The notes under the pieces were generated by a model that did no database searches, was not told the DNA's origin, and was given only the letters and a program-made list of their open reading frames with translations. This document shows positions 56,071 through 64,000 of a DNA stretch of 64,000 bases, one piece after another. The translations under genes were made by a program, and so were the position numbers. The stretch lies in assembly GCA_030693325.1 (NCBI GenBank), contig JAUYAV010000019.1, forward strand, positions 65,324-129,323, given 5' to 3'. Position 1 is the stretch's first letter. Each line of letters starts with the position of its first letter. Source of the stretch: a bacterium (GTDB taxonomy: Bacteria > Patescibacteriota > Minisyncoccia > UBA6257 > MFKM01).

Positions 56071-57768
56071 TTATACTTCTATCACTACCGGTAAAATCAT
56101 CGGCCGTCTCTTGGTTTTATTATACAGAAACTGGCCGATTTGGTCACGAATAAGGGATTTGAAATAATCGGCATCCAAGGGCTGGCGGGGCAGGCGGCTA
56201 ATCATTCCGCGGATATTGCGTCTGATTTCTTCAAGAAGCGTCTGGTTTTCCCGCAGATAAATAAATCCTCGTGAAATAATGTCGGGATTTTTTATCAGCT
56301 GGTTGGTGCGGCGATCAATAGTGGTGATAATAACAACCATTCCTTCTTGAGCCAGAACCTTCCGGTCGCGGAGAACTACTTCGCCGACATCTCCGACACC
56401 CAAACCGTCAACCAGAACATAGGAGACAGGAACTTCTTCTTTGGTTATATGAGCTTGGTCGGGGGAAAATTCCATCACCTGGCCGTTGGAGGGCAGGAAA
56501 GTATTTTTTGCCGGGATCCCGGCTTGTTGGGCCACTTCAATGTTAGTGGCTCTCATGAAAAAATAGCCATAAATCGGAACGAAAAATTTTGGGTTTATAA
56601 GCTTGGTTGTCATTTTCAGTTCTTCCTGGGGAGCATGGCCGCTGGAGTGAATGTCTATTATTTTTGAATAATAAACTTTAGCTCCTTGACGGCAGATGCC
56701 ATCTTTGAGCGTTTGAACGCCTCTCTCATTGCCGGGGATAACCGAGGCCGAGAGAATAACGGTATCGGTTGATTTCAAACTGACAGACCGGTGTTCGCCG
56801 TTGATAATTTTGATTAAGCCGGCGTTGGGTTCTCCCTGGGCTCCGGTGCTTAAAATCATAATTTTATCATCGGGGTGCTTTCTAACTTCTTCTATGGGGA
56901 TAATCAGGCCTTTCCTGGCTTTGATGTAGCCGAGATTTTGGGCGATTTCAACATTACTTCGCATTGAATAGCCGTTTAAAGCCACTTTCCGGCCGAGGCG
57001 GTCGGCGATTTTTATTATTTCATCAATGCGGTTAATTAATGAGGCGAAAAGGGCGATAATGATTCTTCCCGAGGCCTTTTTGAAAAGTTCTTCTAAATTT
57101 TTTTCCACTATTCTTTCGGAAAGTGAATATCCCGGCTCTTCGGCGTTGGTGCTTTCCAAAAAGAGGGTATGAATTTTTTGGTCGCCGATTTTTTTAAGTT
57201 CGGCCAATCCTTTAGGCTGGCCATCTTTGTCGTAATCAAATTTATAATCACCGACGTAAGCCATTTTTCCTACGGGAGTGGTTAAAACAAAACCAAAAGT
57301 ATCGGGAATGTTGTGGGCAACGCCGAAAAATTCGGCTGAAAAATATTTGGAGAATTCAATTTTGTCTTTGTCTTTTATCAGCTGGAAATTAAGTTTGGCC
57401 GCTTTGGGAAATTCCCCCTGCCTTTTATTGATAATTTCCTTGGTAAGCGCGGCGGCGTACATCGGGGGATTGCCGAGTTTTTCCATTAAATAAGGAATGC
57501 CCCCAATGTGATCATAATGAGCGTGAGTGATGAAGACGGCTTTAATGTTTTGTTTGCGCTCTTCAAGGTAGGTGGTGTTGGGAATAATGAAGTCAATGCC
57601 CGGAGTTTCTTCTTCGGGGAACTGGAATCCCACATCAACCACGATTATTTCGTTGCGATATTCAAAAAAAGTCATATTCCGGCCGACTTCTTCCAAACCG
57701 CCCAAAGCCGCCCAGCGAAGGGGTTCTTCGCGGGATTCCTCTTTTTTTACTATTTTTGCTTTTATCAT
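56071..57768 (-). CDS. rnj: Ribonuclease J
   Basis: LGGLEEVGRN, THAHYDHIG, TGAQGEP, HSSGH, RRPMILP. Confidence 0.96.
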   Translation of the reverse strand: MIKAKIVKKEESREEPLRWAALGGLEEVGRNMTFFEYRNEIIVVDVGFQFPEEETPGIDFIIPNTTYLEERKQNIKAVFITHAHYDHIGGIPYLMEKLGNPPMYAAALTKEIINKRQGEFPKAAKLNFQLIKDKDKIEFSKYFSAEFFGVAHNIPDTFGFVLTTPVGKMAYVGDYKFDYDKDGQPKGLAELKKIGDQKIHTLFLESTNAEEPGYSLSERIVEKNLEELFKKASGRIIIALFASLINRIDEIIKIADRLGRKVALNGYSMRSNVEIAQNLGYIKARKGLIIPIEEVRKHPDDKIMILSTGAQGEPNAGLIKIINGEHRSVSLKSTDTVILSASVIPGNERGVQTLKDGICRQGAKVYYSKIIDIHSSGHAPQEELKMTTKLINPKFFVPIYGYFFMRATNIEVAQQAGIPAKNTFLPSNGQVMEFSPDQAHITKEEVPVSYVLVDGLGVGDVGEVVLRDRKVLAQEGMVVIITTIDRRTNQLIKNPDIISRGFIYLRENQTLLEEIRRNIRGMISRLPRQPLDADYFKSLIRDQIGQFLYNKTKRRPMILPVVIEV

Positions 57769-57806
57769 ATATAATTTTTTATTTTCGACTTTAATTATTA
57801 ATTGGT

Positions 57807-57845
57807 GGCACGCTTAGCGTGCCCGATAACAACGCTTAGCGTTGT
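57807..57845. repeat. Doublet of CGC-TTA-GCG hairpins
   Basis: GGCACGCTTAGCGTGCC and ACAACGCTTAGCGTTGT. Confidence 0.7.
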
Positions 57846-57926
57846 GCCCCTGAGAGGATTTGAACCTCTAACCCTTACGGGATAGCGTTCTGAACGCTAC
57901 GCGTATGCCAGTTCCGCCACAGGGGC
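57845..57926 (-). tRNA. tRNA-Leu(CAG)
   Basis: Acceptor GCCCCTG/CAGGGGC, TAGCG-TTCAGAA-CGCTA, variable arm CCCGTAAGGG. Confidence 0.94.
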
Positions 57927-57939
57927 TTGTATAAAATTG

Positions 57940-58530
57940 TTAATTATTGCTTTTCAGAAATTTCAAGTCTTGGGGCATTGATTTCAAGGGTTTTTTAATT
58001 TCCATTTTTGGGGTTTTTTTATATTTTTCATTTTCAAGCCAGCCGTTTTTGGTGTAGTGATAACAAGCTCCTTGTTTTTCTTCCATTTCTTTATAGATAT
58101 TTTTATTTTTTTCAGGAACCCAGTTCCCAAGTTCCAGAATTTTTTCAGAGGGATTTATGGAAATGATGTAATAGCCCGCCGGATCAAGCACAAAATCTCC
58201 TTTTTTGGCTTTTATGGCTATCACATCTTTAACTTTCCCGTTTGTCATCTTTTGCAGTAAAAATATCGCTTCGCCCTTTAAGACCGTATAGATTTCTAGA
58301 TATCCATTTGAATTGCGGTTGCCTTTGGTTTTTACAAATTCTTCACCCAGCATTTTGGGAGGAATAACGGTAATGTCATATCGCCAGCCGTTTTTTATTT
58401 TTAGCCCCCGATACATTTCATAGATGGGAAATTTTTCCGGATTTTTGATTTTTTTAAACCATTCCTGGTCGCGGATGACCGATTTCATTTCATTAAGAAA
58501 TCGGATGTCGGCTTTTTTATTTTTTTTCAT
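57940..58530 (-). CDS. Cupin-type glucose-6-phosphate-isomerase-like protein
   Basis: YEMYR, RYDITVIPP, GEEFVKTKG, EIYTVLKGEA; metal His residues appear lost. Confidence 0.75.
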   Translation of the reverse strand: MKKNKKADIRFLNEMKSVIRDQEWFKKIKNPEKFPIYEMYRGLKIKNGWRYDITVIPPKMLGEEFVKTKGNRNSNGYLEIYTVLKGEAIFLLQKMTNGKVKDVIAIKAKKGDFVLDPAGYYIISINPSEKILELGNWVPEKNKNIYKEMEEKQGACYHYTKNGWLENEKYKKTPKMEIKKPLKSMPQDLKFLKSNN

Positions 58531-58539
58531 ATATATTTT

Positions 58540-58581
58540 TAATTACTGTAATTGCAGTAATTACGGTAATTACAGTAATTA
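58540..58581. repeat. 9-bp-period tandem array (TAATTACNG)
   Basis: TAATTACTG TAATTGCAG TAATTACGG TAATTACAG TAATTA. Confidence 0.8.
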
Positions 58582-60120
58582 TTTTAATACCCAGGCTGTT
58601 TCCACGTACCAATTTTTGACATTTTGGAAGCGGTCGCTGGCGGTAGTCAAAAATTTATCCGTGAATCCGCCGAGATCGGGGATGCTGACATAAAGATAAT
58701 TCGGGGAGTATAGCGGTATGGCCGGCAGATCTTGAGCAATGATAGTTTCCAGATTTTTTAATTTTGCCTGGCGTTCGGCCGGGTCGGCGGTTTGGCGGAT
58801 TTCTTCTATTAGTTTATCGGCCTTCGGATTGCCATAAATCGCCAAATTAAGTCCGGGATAAAATTTTTGGGAAGAATGCCAAAAAGAAAACAAGTCTTCT
58901 TTGTTTGCGGGATTGATTCCGAAAAGAATCATTTCGTAGTCGCGCGACCGGATCACTTGGTTGATAATGTCGTCGGGGTTTAAAACAATCAAACTGAGAT
59001 TTACGCCTATTGCCGCCCATTCTTCTTTGATGATTTCGGCCGTGTTAATCAGGAAATCAATTTGTGGGACAATTAAGTAGAACTCTAATTTTTTATCCAT
59101 AATAGCCGTTAAGTCCGGAGCGCCGGTGGTCTCCAGAGGTTCGCCGGCTTCCATCGCTTCGCCGTTAAATACTTTTTGGATAATCTGTTTTTTATCAATG
59201 ACTTGGGTTAAAGCCAAACGGATATTTTTGTTTTTGAGATTGGAATTGATGTTCTGATTGAAAAACACGGCGTAATAATTGGACATGACGACACTTTTGA
59301 TGTTGTGATTAAGCGATAAATCTTTAATTTTTGCCGGGTTAAGACCGCCGAAACCGTCAATTTCGCGGCGGTTGAAAGCGCTGATTAAATCGTCTTCATT
59401 TTTATAAAATTTAAAAATGAATTTTTGGATGTAGGGTTTTTTACTGGAATAATTTTCATTGACCACGAGCTGGTACTGGGTGATAAATCCGTCTTTTCTT
59501 TTGGCGAAGCGGTCGTATTTATAAGGGCCGCTGCCCACCGGCTCCAGATTGTAATTTGAAAGCCGGAGATTGGCCGCCGGAATTTTCCCAAAAATATGCT
59601 GGGGGATAATCGGCAGATTATGAAGATTGTCGCCAAAAAAAACATAGGGATTGCGGAGGATAAACCGGACCTGAAGCTCGCTGATTCTTTCAGTCACAAT
59701 GCCTTGCCAGGTTTGGAAAAGCGGGGAACGGGCATCGGGATCCTGGATGGTTTTAAGGGTGAAAATAATATCGTCGCTCGTCAGGGGTTGGCCATCGCTC
59801 CAAAGCAAATTCTGTTTAAGTTTGACCAAATAATTGGTTCCTTCTTCAATTTGATAGTCGCTGATTAAATCCGAGAGCGGGCTGTAAATCAAAGAGGCAA
59901 TATCGCGATCAGTTTCATTGCCGGAAATTATCGGGTTGATAAAAGTGGGTTGGCCGGCCTTCCCTTCAGTGTATTGTCCTCCTTTTTTAGGGGTTAAGTC
60001 AATTCTTTCCTGAATATTAAGCGCCAACCAGAAAAATGAAGAAATCAGAAAAACCAAAATTGCCACAATAAAGATATTGCGTTCAAATTGCGTGAATGAA
60101 CTTATGATTTTTTTGAACAT
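58579..60120 (-). CDS. Peptide ABC transporter substrate-binding protein (family 5)
   Basis: WSDGQPLTSDDIIFT, PVGSGPY, PAIPLY. Confidence 0.9.
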   Translation of the reverse strand: MFKKIISSFTQFERNIFIVAILVFLISSFFWLALNIQERIDLTPKKGGQYTEGKAGQPTFINPIISGNETDRDIASLIYSPLSDLISDYQIEEGTNYLVKLKQNLLWSDGQPLTSDDIIFTLKTIQDPDARSPLFQTWQGIVTERISELQVRFILRNPYVFFGDNLHNLPIIPQHIFGKIPAANLRLSNYNLEPVGSGPYKYDRFAKRKDGFITQYQLVVNENYSSKKPYIQKFIFKFYKNEDDLISAFNRREIDGFGGLNPAKIKDLSLNHNIKSVVMSNYYAVFFNQNINSNLKNKNIRLALTQVIDKKQIIQKVFNGEAMEAGEPLETTGAPDLTAIMDKKLEFYLIVPQIDFLINTAEIIKEEWAAIGVNLSLIVLNPDDIINQVIRSRDYEMILFGINPANKEDLFSFWHSSQKFYPGLNLAIYGNPKADKLIEEIRQTADPAERQAKLKNLETIIAQDLPAIPLYSPNYLYVSIPDLGGFTDKFLTTASDRFQNVKNWYVETAWVLK

Positions 60121-60146
60121 GCTAAATTACTAAAAATTGAAATTTA

Positions 60147-60176
60147 TCCGGCTTCGCCAGATCTCGCGTAGCGAGA
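60147..60176. repeat. Double-hairpin REP-like element
   Basis: TCCGGCTTCGCCAGA-TCTCGCGTAGCGAGA flanked by AAATTGAAA direct repeats. Confidence 0.5.
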
Positions 60177-60202
60177 GAAATTGAAAATTTATACCAAGCC
60201 TT

Positions 60203-60415
60203 TTACTTTATTAAACTCAGGAGAGCTAAAACGATAAAGACAACAGCTAAAACAATGGTGCCGTAGAAAATAATTTTTTCCAATCCTCGCCGGGTCTGAT
60301 AAGAACCGGATTCGCCGCCACCCAAAATTCCCGACAAACCTGAAGAACGTTCCTGAAGCAGGATGAAAATTATCAATAAAACAGCAACGATTATCTCTAA
60401 TAAAGAAAGAAACAT
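60203..60415 (-). CDS. secG: Preprotein translocase subunit SecG
   Basis: ILLQ..GLSG..GG...TRRGLEK between two TM helices. Confidence 0.88.
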   Translation of the reverse strand: MFLSLLEIIVAVLLIIFILLQERSSGLSGILGGGESGSYQTRRGLEKIIFYGTIVLAVVFIVLALLSLIK

Positions 60416-60433
60416 ATTAAATAATAAAATAAA

Positions 60434-60793
60434 TTAGTCGCCTAATTTGGTTGAGAGATTAACCAGGATATTAATGAAACTGATAATCAAAGTAGCGAGA
60501 ATAAGCGGACTTGGTCCATTTATAGTAAGGCTTGCGCTGAATTTGTCAAGAACATAGAGGATGCCGGCGTTCATAGCGATCGCCAAAAGTCCGAAAGTTA
60601 AAGCTATTAAAGGGGCGAGAATAAGTTTCAGGAGCGGCCGGATGAAGGTGTTGCATAAAGTAAGGATAGCCGCCGCGATTACAAGGTCGGTCAGATTTCC
60701 TTCAAAAATAAAACCGCTGACAAAATGAGCCGCAATCAGAATCGCGATGGCATTAACGATAATGAATAAAATTATTTTTCCTATGAATTTCAT
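60434..60793 (-). CDS. 4-TM membrane protein (phage holin family 4/YvlD-like)
   Basis: NTFIRPLL...PL..LTFGL...N motif. Confidence 0.8.
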   Translation of the reverse strand: MKFIGKIILFIIVNAIAILIAAHFVSGFIFEGNLTDLVIAAAILTLCNTFIRPLLKLILAPLIALTFGLLAIAMNAGILYVLDKFSASLTINGPSPLILATLIISFINILVNLSTKLGD

Positions 60794-62370
60794 GCCGTTA
60801 AAAATGGTAAAAGATTATTGCCGGTCATTTCTTTCGGTTTAGGCAGCCCCATCAAAGCCAGAATAGTGGGAGCGACATCAGCCAAGGTGCCGAGAATCTG
60901 GGTTTCTGTCTTCCGGATTTCAGCTTCGGTTTTTATTTTTTCAAATTCTTTTCCTATCAAATAAAAAGGTACGGGATTAGGATCATGCTTCGTTTCCGGT
61001 AAGCCGGTCAACGGGTCAAGCATCTTTTCAATATTACCATGGTCGGAAGTAATAATCATTGTTGTATCGGGCTGGGCCATCACCGCTTTCAAAAGCCGGC
61101 TGATTTCCCGGTCAATAATCTCAATGGCTTTTACGGCGGCTTCATAATTTCCGGTATGCCCCATCGTGTCCGGATTGGCGTAATTGACCAGAATAAAATT
61201 ATAAGCACCTTCGCCGACTGAGCTGATTGTTCTGTCGGTGATGGTTTTAGCCATCATTTCCGGAAATTGATCGTAACGGGGCGCGTTGAGTGAAGGAACA
61301 AGGATGCGGAATTCATTGGGAAAAGGTTCTTTGCGGTAGCCGTTGAAGAAAAAAGTCACGTGAGCGTATTTTTCGGTTTCGGCGATGCGGAGCTGTATCT
61401 TATTGTTATCGGACAAAATTTTACCGAGAGTTTCACTGGTTGATTCCGGCGGAAAAATAGCCGGCAAATTAAATTTTTCATCATAGCGGGTCATAGTAAC
61501 AAGATGAAGGTTGGAGAATTTTTTGACTGGAAAATTCGGGAAGTCCGATTCGGCGAAAGCAGAAACGATTTGGCGCGGACTTTCTTCCCGGAATTCAAAA
61601 AATATGACGGCATCATTGTCCTGGATGAAATGGCCTGCCTGACCGGTAGGCAGGGGCGAGCCAATGATGGTCGGCTCAACGAAATCATCGGTAAGGTTTC
61701 GGTTATAAGTTTCAGTCAGTAATTCCTGATAATTATCGGCGGTTCTCCCTTCGCCGGTTAAGATTTTATAAACTTTTTCGGTTCGGTCCCAGTGCTTGGC
61801 GCGGTCTAAAGCGTAAAAACGGCCGGAAAGGCTGGCGATAACGCCCCGGTTTTTTTCCTGGATGACTTTTTCCAGATTTTTGAGAAGTTCAGGAGCGGAT
61901 TCCGGCGGGCTGTCGCGGCCGTCGGTAAAAAGCTGGAGATAAAGCCGGTCAAAATTTTCTCTTTTGGCGAATTCCAGAAGAGCGGCTAAATGTTCAAAAG
62001 AAGAATGGACATTGCCGCTGGTTAGAAGGCCGACCAAATGAATGTTGGAATTATTTTTTTGGGCGTGAGTGAAGGCGTTTTTCAGAATTTGGTTTTGGAA
62101 AAAACTGCCGTCTTTGATCGCCAAAGAAATTCTGGGGAAATGTTGATAAAGAATTTTTCCGGCTCCCAAAGTAAGGTGTCCTACCTCGCTGTTGCCTTCT
62201 TCTCCCCAAGGCAGGCCAATGCCGATACCCGAAGCATGAAGACAGCCGATAGGAAATCTTTTTTTGATATCTTGGATATTTTGGGGGTTAACTTTATAGA
62301 TAGGATTGCTTTCATCATGAGCCCCGATTCCCCAGCCATCTAAAATAACTAATAAAACATTTCTTTTCAT
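60790..62370 (-). CDS. gpmI: 2,3-bisphosphoglycerate-independent phosphoglycerate mutase
   Basis: ILDGWG, GNSEVGH, DGRD, AETEKYAHVTFF, TSDHGN. Confidence 0.96.
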   Translation of the reverse strand: MKRNVLLVILDGWGIGAHDESNPIYKVNPQNIQDIKKRFPIGCLHASGIGIGLPWGEEGNSEVGHLTLGAGKILYQHFPRISLAIKDGSFFQNQILKNAFTHAQKNNSNIHLVGLLTSGNVHSSFEHLAALLEFAKRENFDRLYLQLFTDGRDSPPESAPELLKNLEKVIQEKNRGVIASLSGRFYALDRAKHWDRTEKVYKILTGEGRTADNYQELLTETYNRNLTDDFVEPTIIGSPLPTGQAGHFIQDNDAVIFFEFREESPRQIVSAFAESDFPNFPVKKFSNLHLVTMTRYDEKFNLPAIFPPESTSETLGKILSDNNKIQLRIAETEKYAHVTFFFNGYRKEPFPNEFRILVPSLNAPRYDQFPEMMAKTITDRTISSVGEGAYNFILVNYANPDTMGHTGNYEAAVKAIEIIDREISRLLKAVMAQPDTTMIITSDHGNIEKMLDPLTGLPETKHDPNPVPFYLIGKEFEKIKTEAEIRKTETQILGTLADVAPTILALMGLPKPKEMTGNNLLPFLTA

Positions 62371-62372
62371 TT

Positions 62373-63779
62373 TTAAGAAGCGTTAAGAATATCAATATCC
62401 TGTTGGAATTCGTTGGCCTGTTTAACCACGTTATATCCGTAAACATCAAGACAGACATAACGGTTCCATCTCCCGCCGCAATAATATTTGGCGGCCGCTT
62501 TTTTTTCGTTGGCGGTTGCGCCGGCATCCTTTAGATAAAGCGCCGCGGCGATAAAAGCGTCGGCGTTATTCCAGGGGTTGGCAATGCTGCGTCCCAAAAT
62601 GTTGCTGATGTCGGCTTTATAGATATTCCAGGTTGATGGCATAAATTGCGCCGGTCCCATCGCGCCGCCGTAAGTCCCGTCTTGATTGGGGCAGGAAATT
62701 TGAACCGAATCGGGACTGATATTAAGCGATTGGAGAATTGAGAGAAAAACTGGAATTTCTTTGGGGTTCATTGCCGTTGTCCCGCCTTTCATGATTTGGT
62801 TATAAGCGCAACGGCCGACATTTTGTCCCAGGGCGGATTCCCGGTCTAAAATCGCCAGGATGAAAGCGGCTCTCACTCCGGTGACGTCCTGGGCCGCCTT
62901 TGCCAGGGTATAGGCCTTGTCAAAAGTCAGCTCCCCGCCGCCTAATAATTCAAAGATTTGGTTTTTAACTTGAGTGGCTGTTTTTTTGGTTTCGGTAACC
63001 AGTTTTTGGTAAATAGATTCTTTGCCCTTAGTGTCAGTAAGGATTTTATTTTTTTCAGACTGGGTTTGCTGAATGGTTTGTTTTTGACTGGCTTGGTAAG
63101 CCTTCAGAGCTTCGGCGTCGCTTTTTTCCAGCCCCAATTGCTCTTTCTGGTCTAAAAGGTCGTTTTTCAGTTGGATTACGCTGCTTAGCGTTGCCTGAAA
63201 ATTATCTTGGATAAGAGCTAAATCATTCAGATTCCCGAAAAAATCCGAAAGGCGGGGGCTGGTAAGAAAAATTTCCATTAAACTTTGGTTTTCGCTTTCA
63301 TAAATATTTTGAAGTACCTGGGAAAGGGCATTTTTGTCGGAGTTGATGCTTTGTTCAACTGAGCCGATCTTTGCTTGGGTATCGCCAATCTGCTGATTGA
63401 GTTTTGTTAAATTCAGATTAGCGGCTTTGATTTGGAGATTAAGTTTGGCGATCCGGGAGTCCAAAGTCGAGATTTCGCCTTTAAGGGTCTGGCCCTGTTT
63501 TTGATATTGAGTGATGGTATTTTCGTAATCGGATATTTGTTTTTCCAGTTGCGCCAACTGACTTTCCAATTCTTGTCTTTGTTGTTCTGTTTGGGCGTTT
63601 TGAGCCGCAAATGTCAAAGAAGGGGAGTTATAAACTGGCGCATAGACAAAACTGAAAAGAAAAAAACTGATTGCCAGTAAAATAATCGCGGATTTTAAAA
63701 TCCGGGTGAGAGGAAAGCGAAATTGACGATAATAGGAGAGATTAAGAATTAAAGGTTTTTTGTTGGTAATATCGCGCAT
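62373..63779 (-). CDS. Coiled-coil protein with C-terminal lytic transglycosylase-like domain
   Basis: TM, long coiled coil, RES..G.NVG, GAMGPAQFMPSTW. Confidence 0.85.
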   Translation of the reverse strand: MRDITNKKPLILNLSYYRQFRFPLTRILKSAIILLAISFFLFSFVYAPVYNSPSLTFAAQNAQTEQQRQELESQLAQLEKQISDYENTITQYQKQGQTLKGEISTLDSRIAKLNLQIKAANLNLTKLNQQIGDTQAKIGSVEQSINSDKNALSQVLQNIYESENQSLMEIFLTSPRLSDFFGNLNDLALIQDNFQATLSSVIQLKNDLLDQKEQLGLEKSDAEALKAYQASQKQTIQQTQSEKNKILTDTKGKESIYQKLVTETKKTATQVKNQIFELLGGGELTFDKAYTLAKAAQDVTGVRAAFILAILDRESALGQNVGRCAYNQIMKGGTTAMNPKEIPVFLSILQSLNISPDSVQISCPNQDGTYGGAMGPAQFMPSTWNIYKADISNILGRSIANPWNNADAFIAAALYLKDAGATANEKKAAAKYYCGGRWNRYVCLDVYGYNVVKQANEFQQDIDILNAS

Positions 63780-63911
63780 ATTAAATTCAAAAATAAATCT
63801 TTCTCTGCCTTTTCCTATATTTTATCAGTTTATCCTCAATAAACAAACCAAGATAAAAGCCGTTTTGCGGCCGGGAAAGATGGAGGAAAATATTGATTGC
63901 GATTTCTGAAT

Positions 63912-64000
63912 TTATTTTTTGGGACTTTCTTTCGGAGTAACGGGGGCTTCATTTTTAGTCGGAGTGCCCGGTGTTTCAGCGGTTGCGGCTTCCTCTGCCG
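63912..64000 (-). CDS. Probable C-terminal low-complexity tail of a gene truncated by the window edge
   Basis: AEEAATAETPGTPTKNEAPVTPKESPKK*. Confidence 0.45.
   Translation of the reverse strand, partial: AEEAATAETPGTPTKNEAPVTPKESPKK

Noticed and set aside
60434-60793. Holin, baseplate-J-like and glycine-rich domains as a prophage
   Set aside because: Scattered among housekeeping genes; no terminase, capsid or portal genes.

Overview
Bacterial chromosomal window (standard code, TGA = stop). Gene content points to a Patescibacteria/CPR (Parcubacteria-like) genome; this is an inference from the reduced core genes, VirB2-like pilins, two MreB, tRNA-Ile(UAU) and tRNA-Arg(GCG). Most of the window is housekeeping: gyrA, rpsA, ftsH, ddl, xerC-like, xseAB, infB, rbfA, clpB, murA, mreBCD-mrdA, holB, frr, rseP, proS, greA, lysS, serS, ychF, ileS, trpS, rnj, secG, gpmI and 8 intact tRNAs. 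Six things stand out. (1) A type IV prepilin-anchored adhesin locus (43865-47243) is cut into modules by six copies of a 21-nt repeat conserved even at synonymous positions, with a start-less alternative C-terminal cassette behind the stop codon; this is the best candidate for an undescribed cassette-shuffling system. (2) A tRNA-Leu is split around a LAGLIDADG gene plus an intact, divergent tRNA-Leu(UAG). (3) Two LAGLIDADG-type ORFs take their stop codon from tRNA U8-A9-G10. (4) Several orphan expression units share the layout promoter, boxA-like motif, leader/trailer helix, terminator. (5) Two TrpR-like genes are each bracketed by their own 18-bp palindrome. (6) Many palindromic or tandem micro-repeats are inserted in frame in essential genes, and one coincides with an ileS frameshift. 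All family calls come from motif recognition by eye; no database searches were run.
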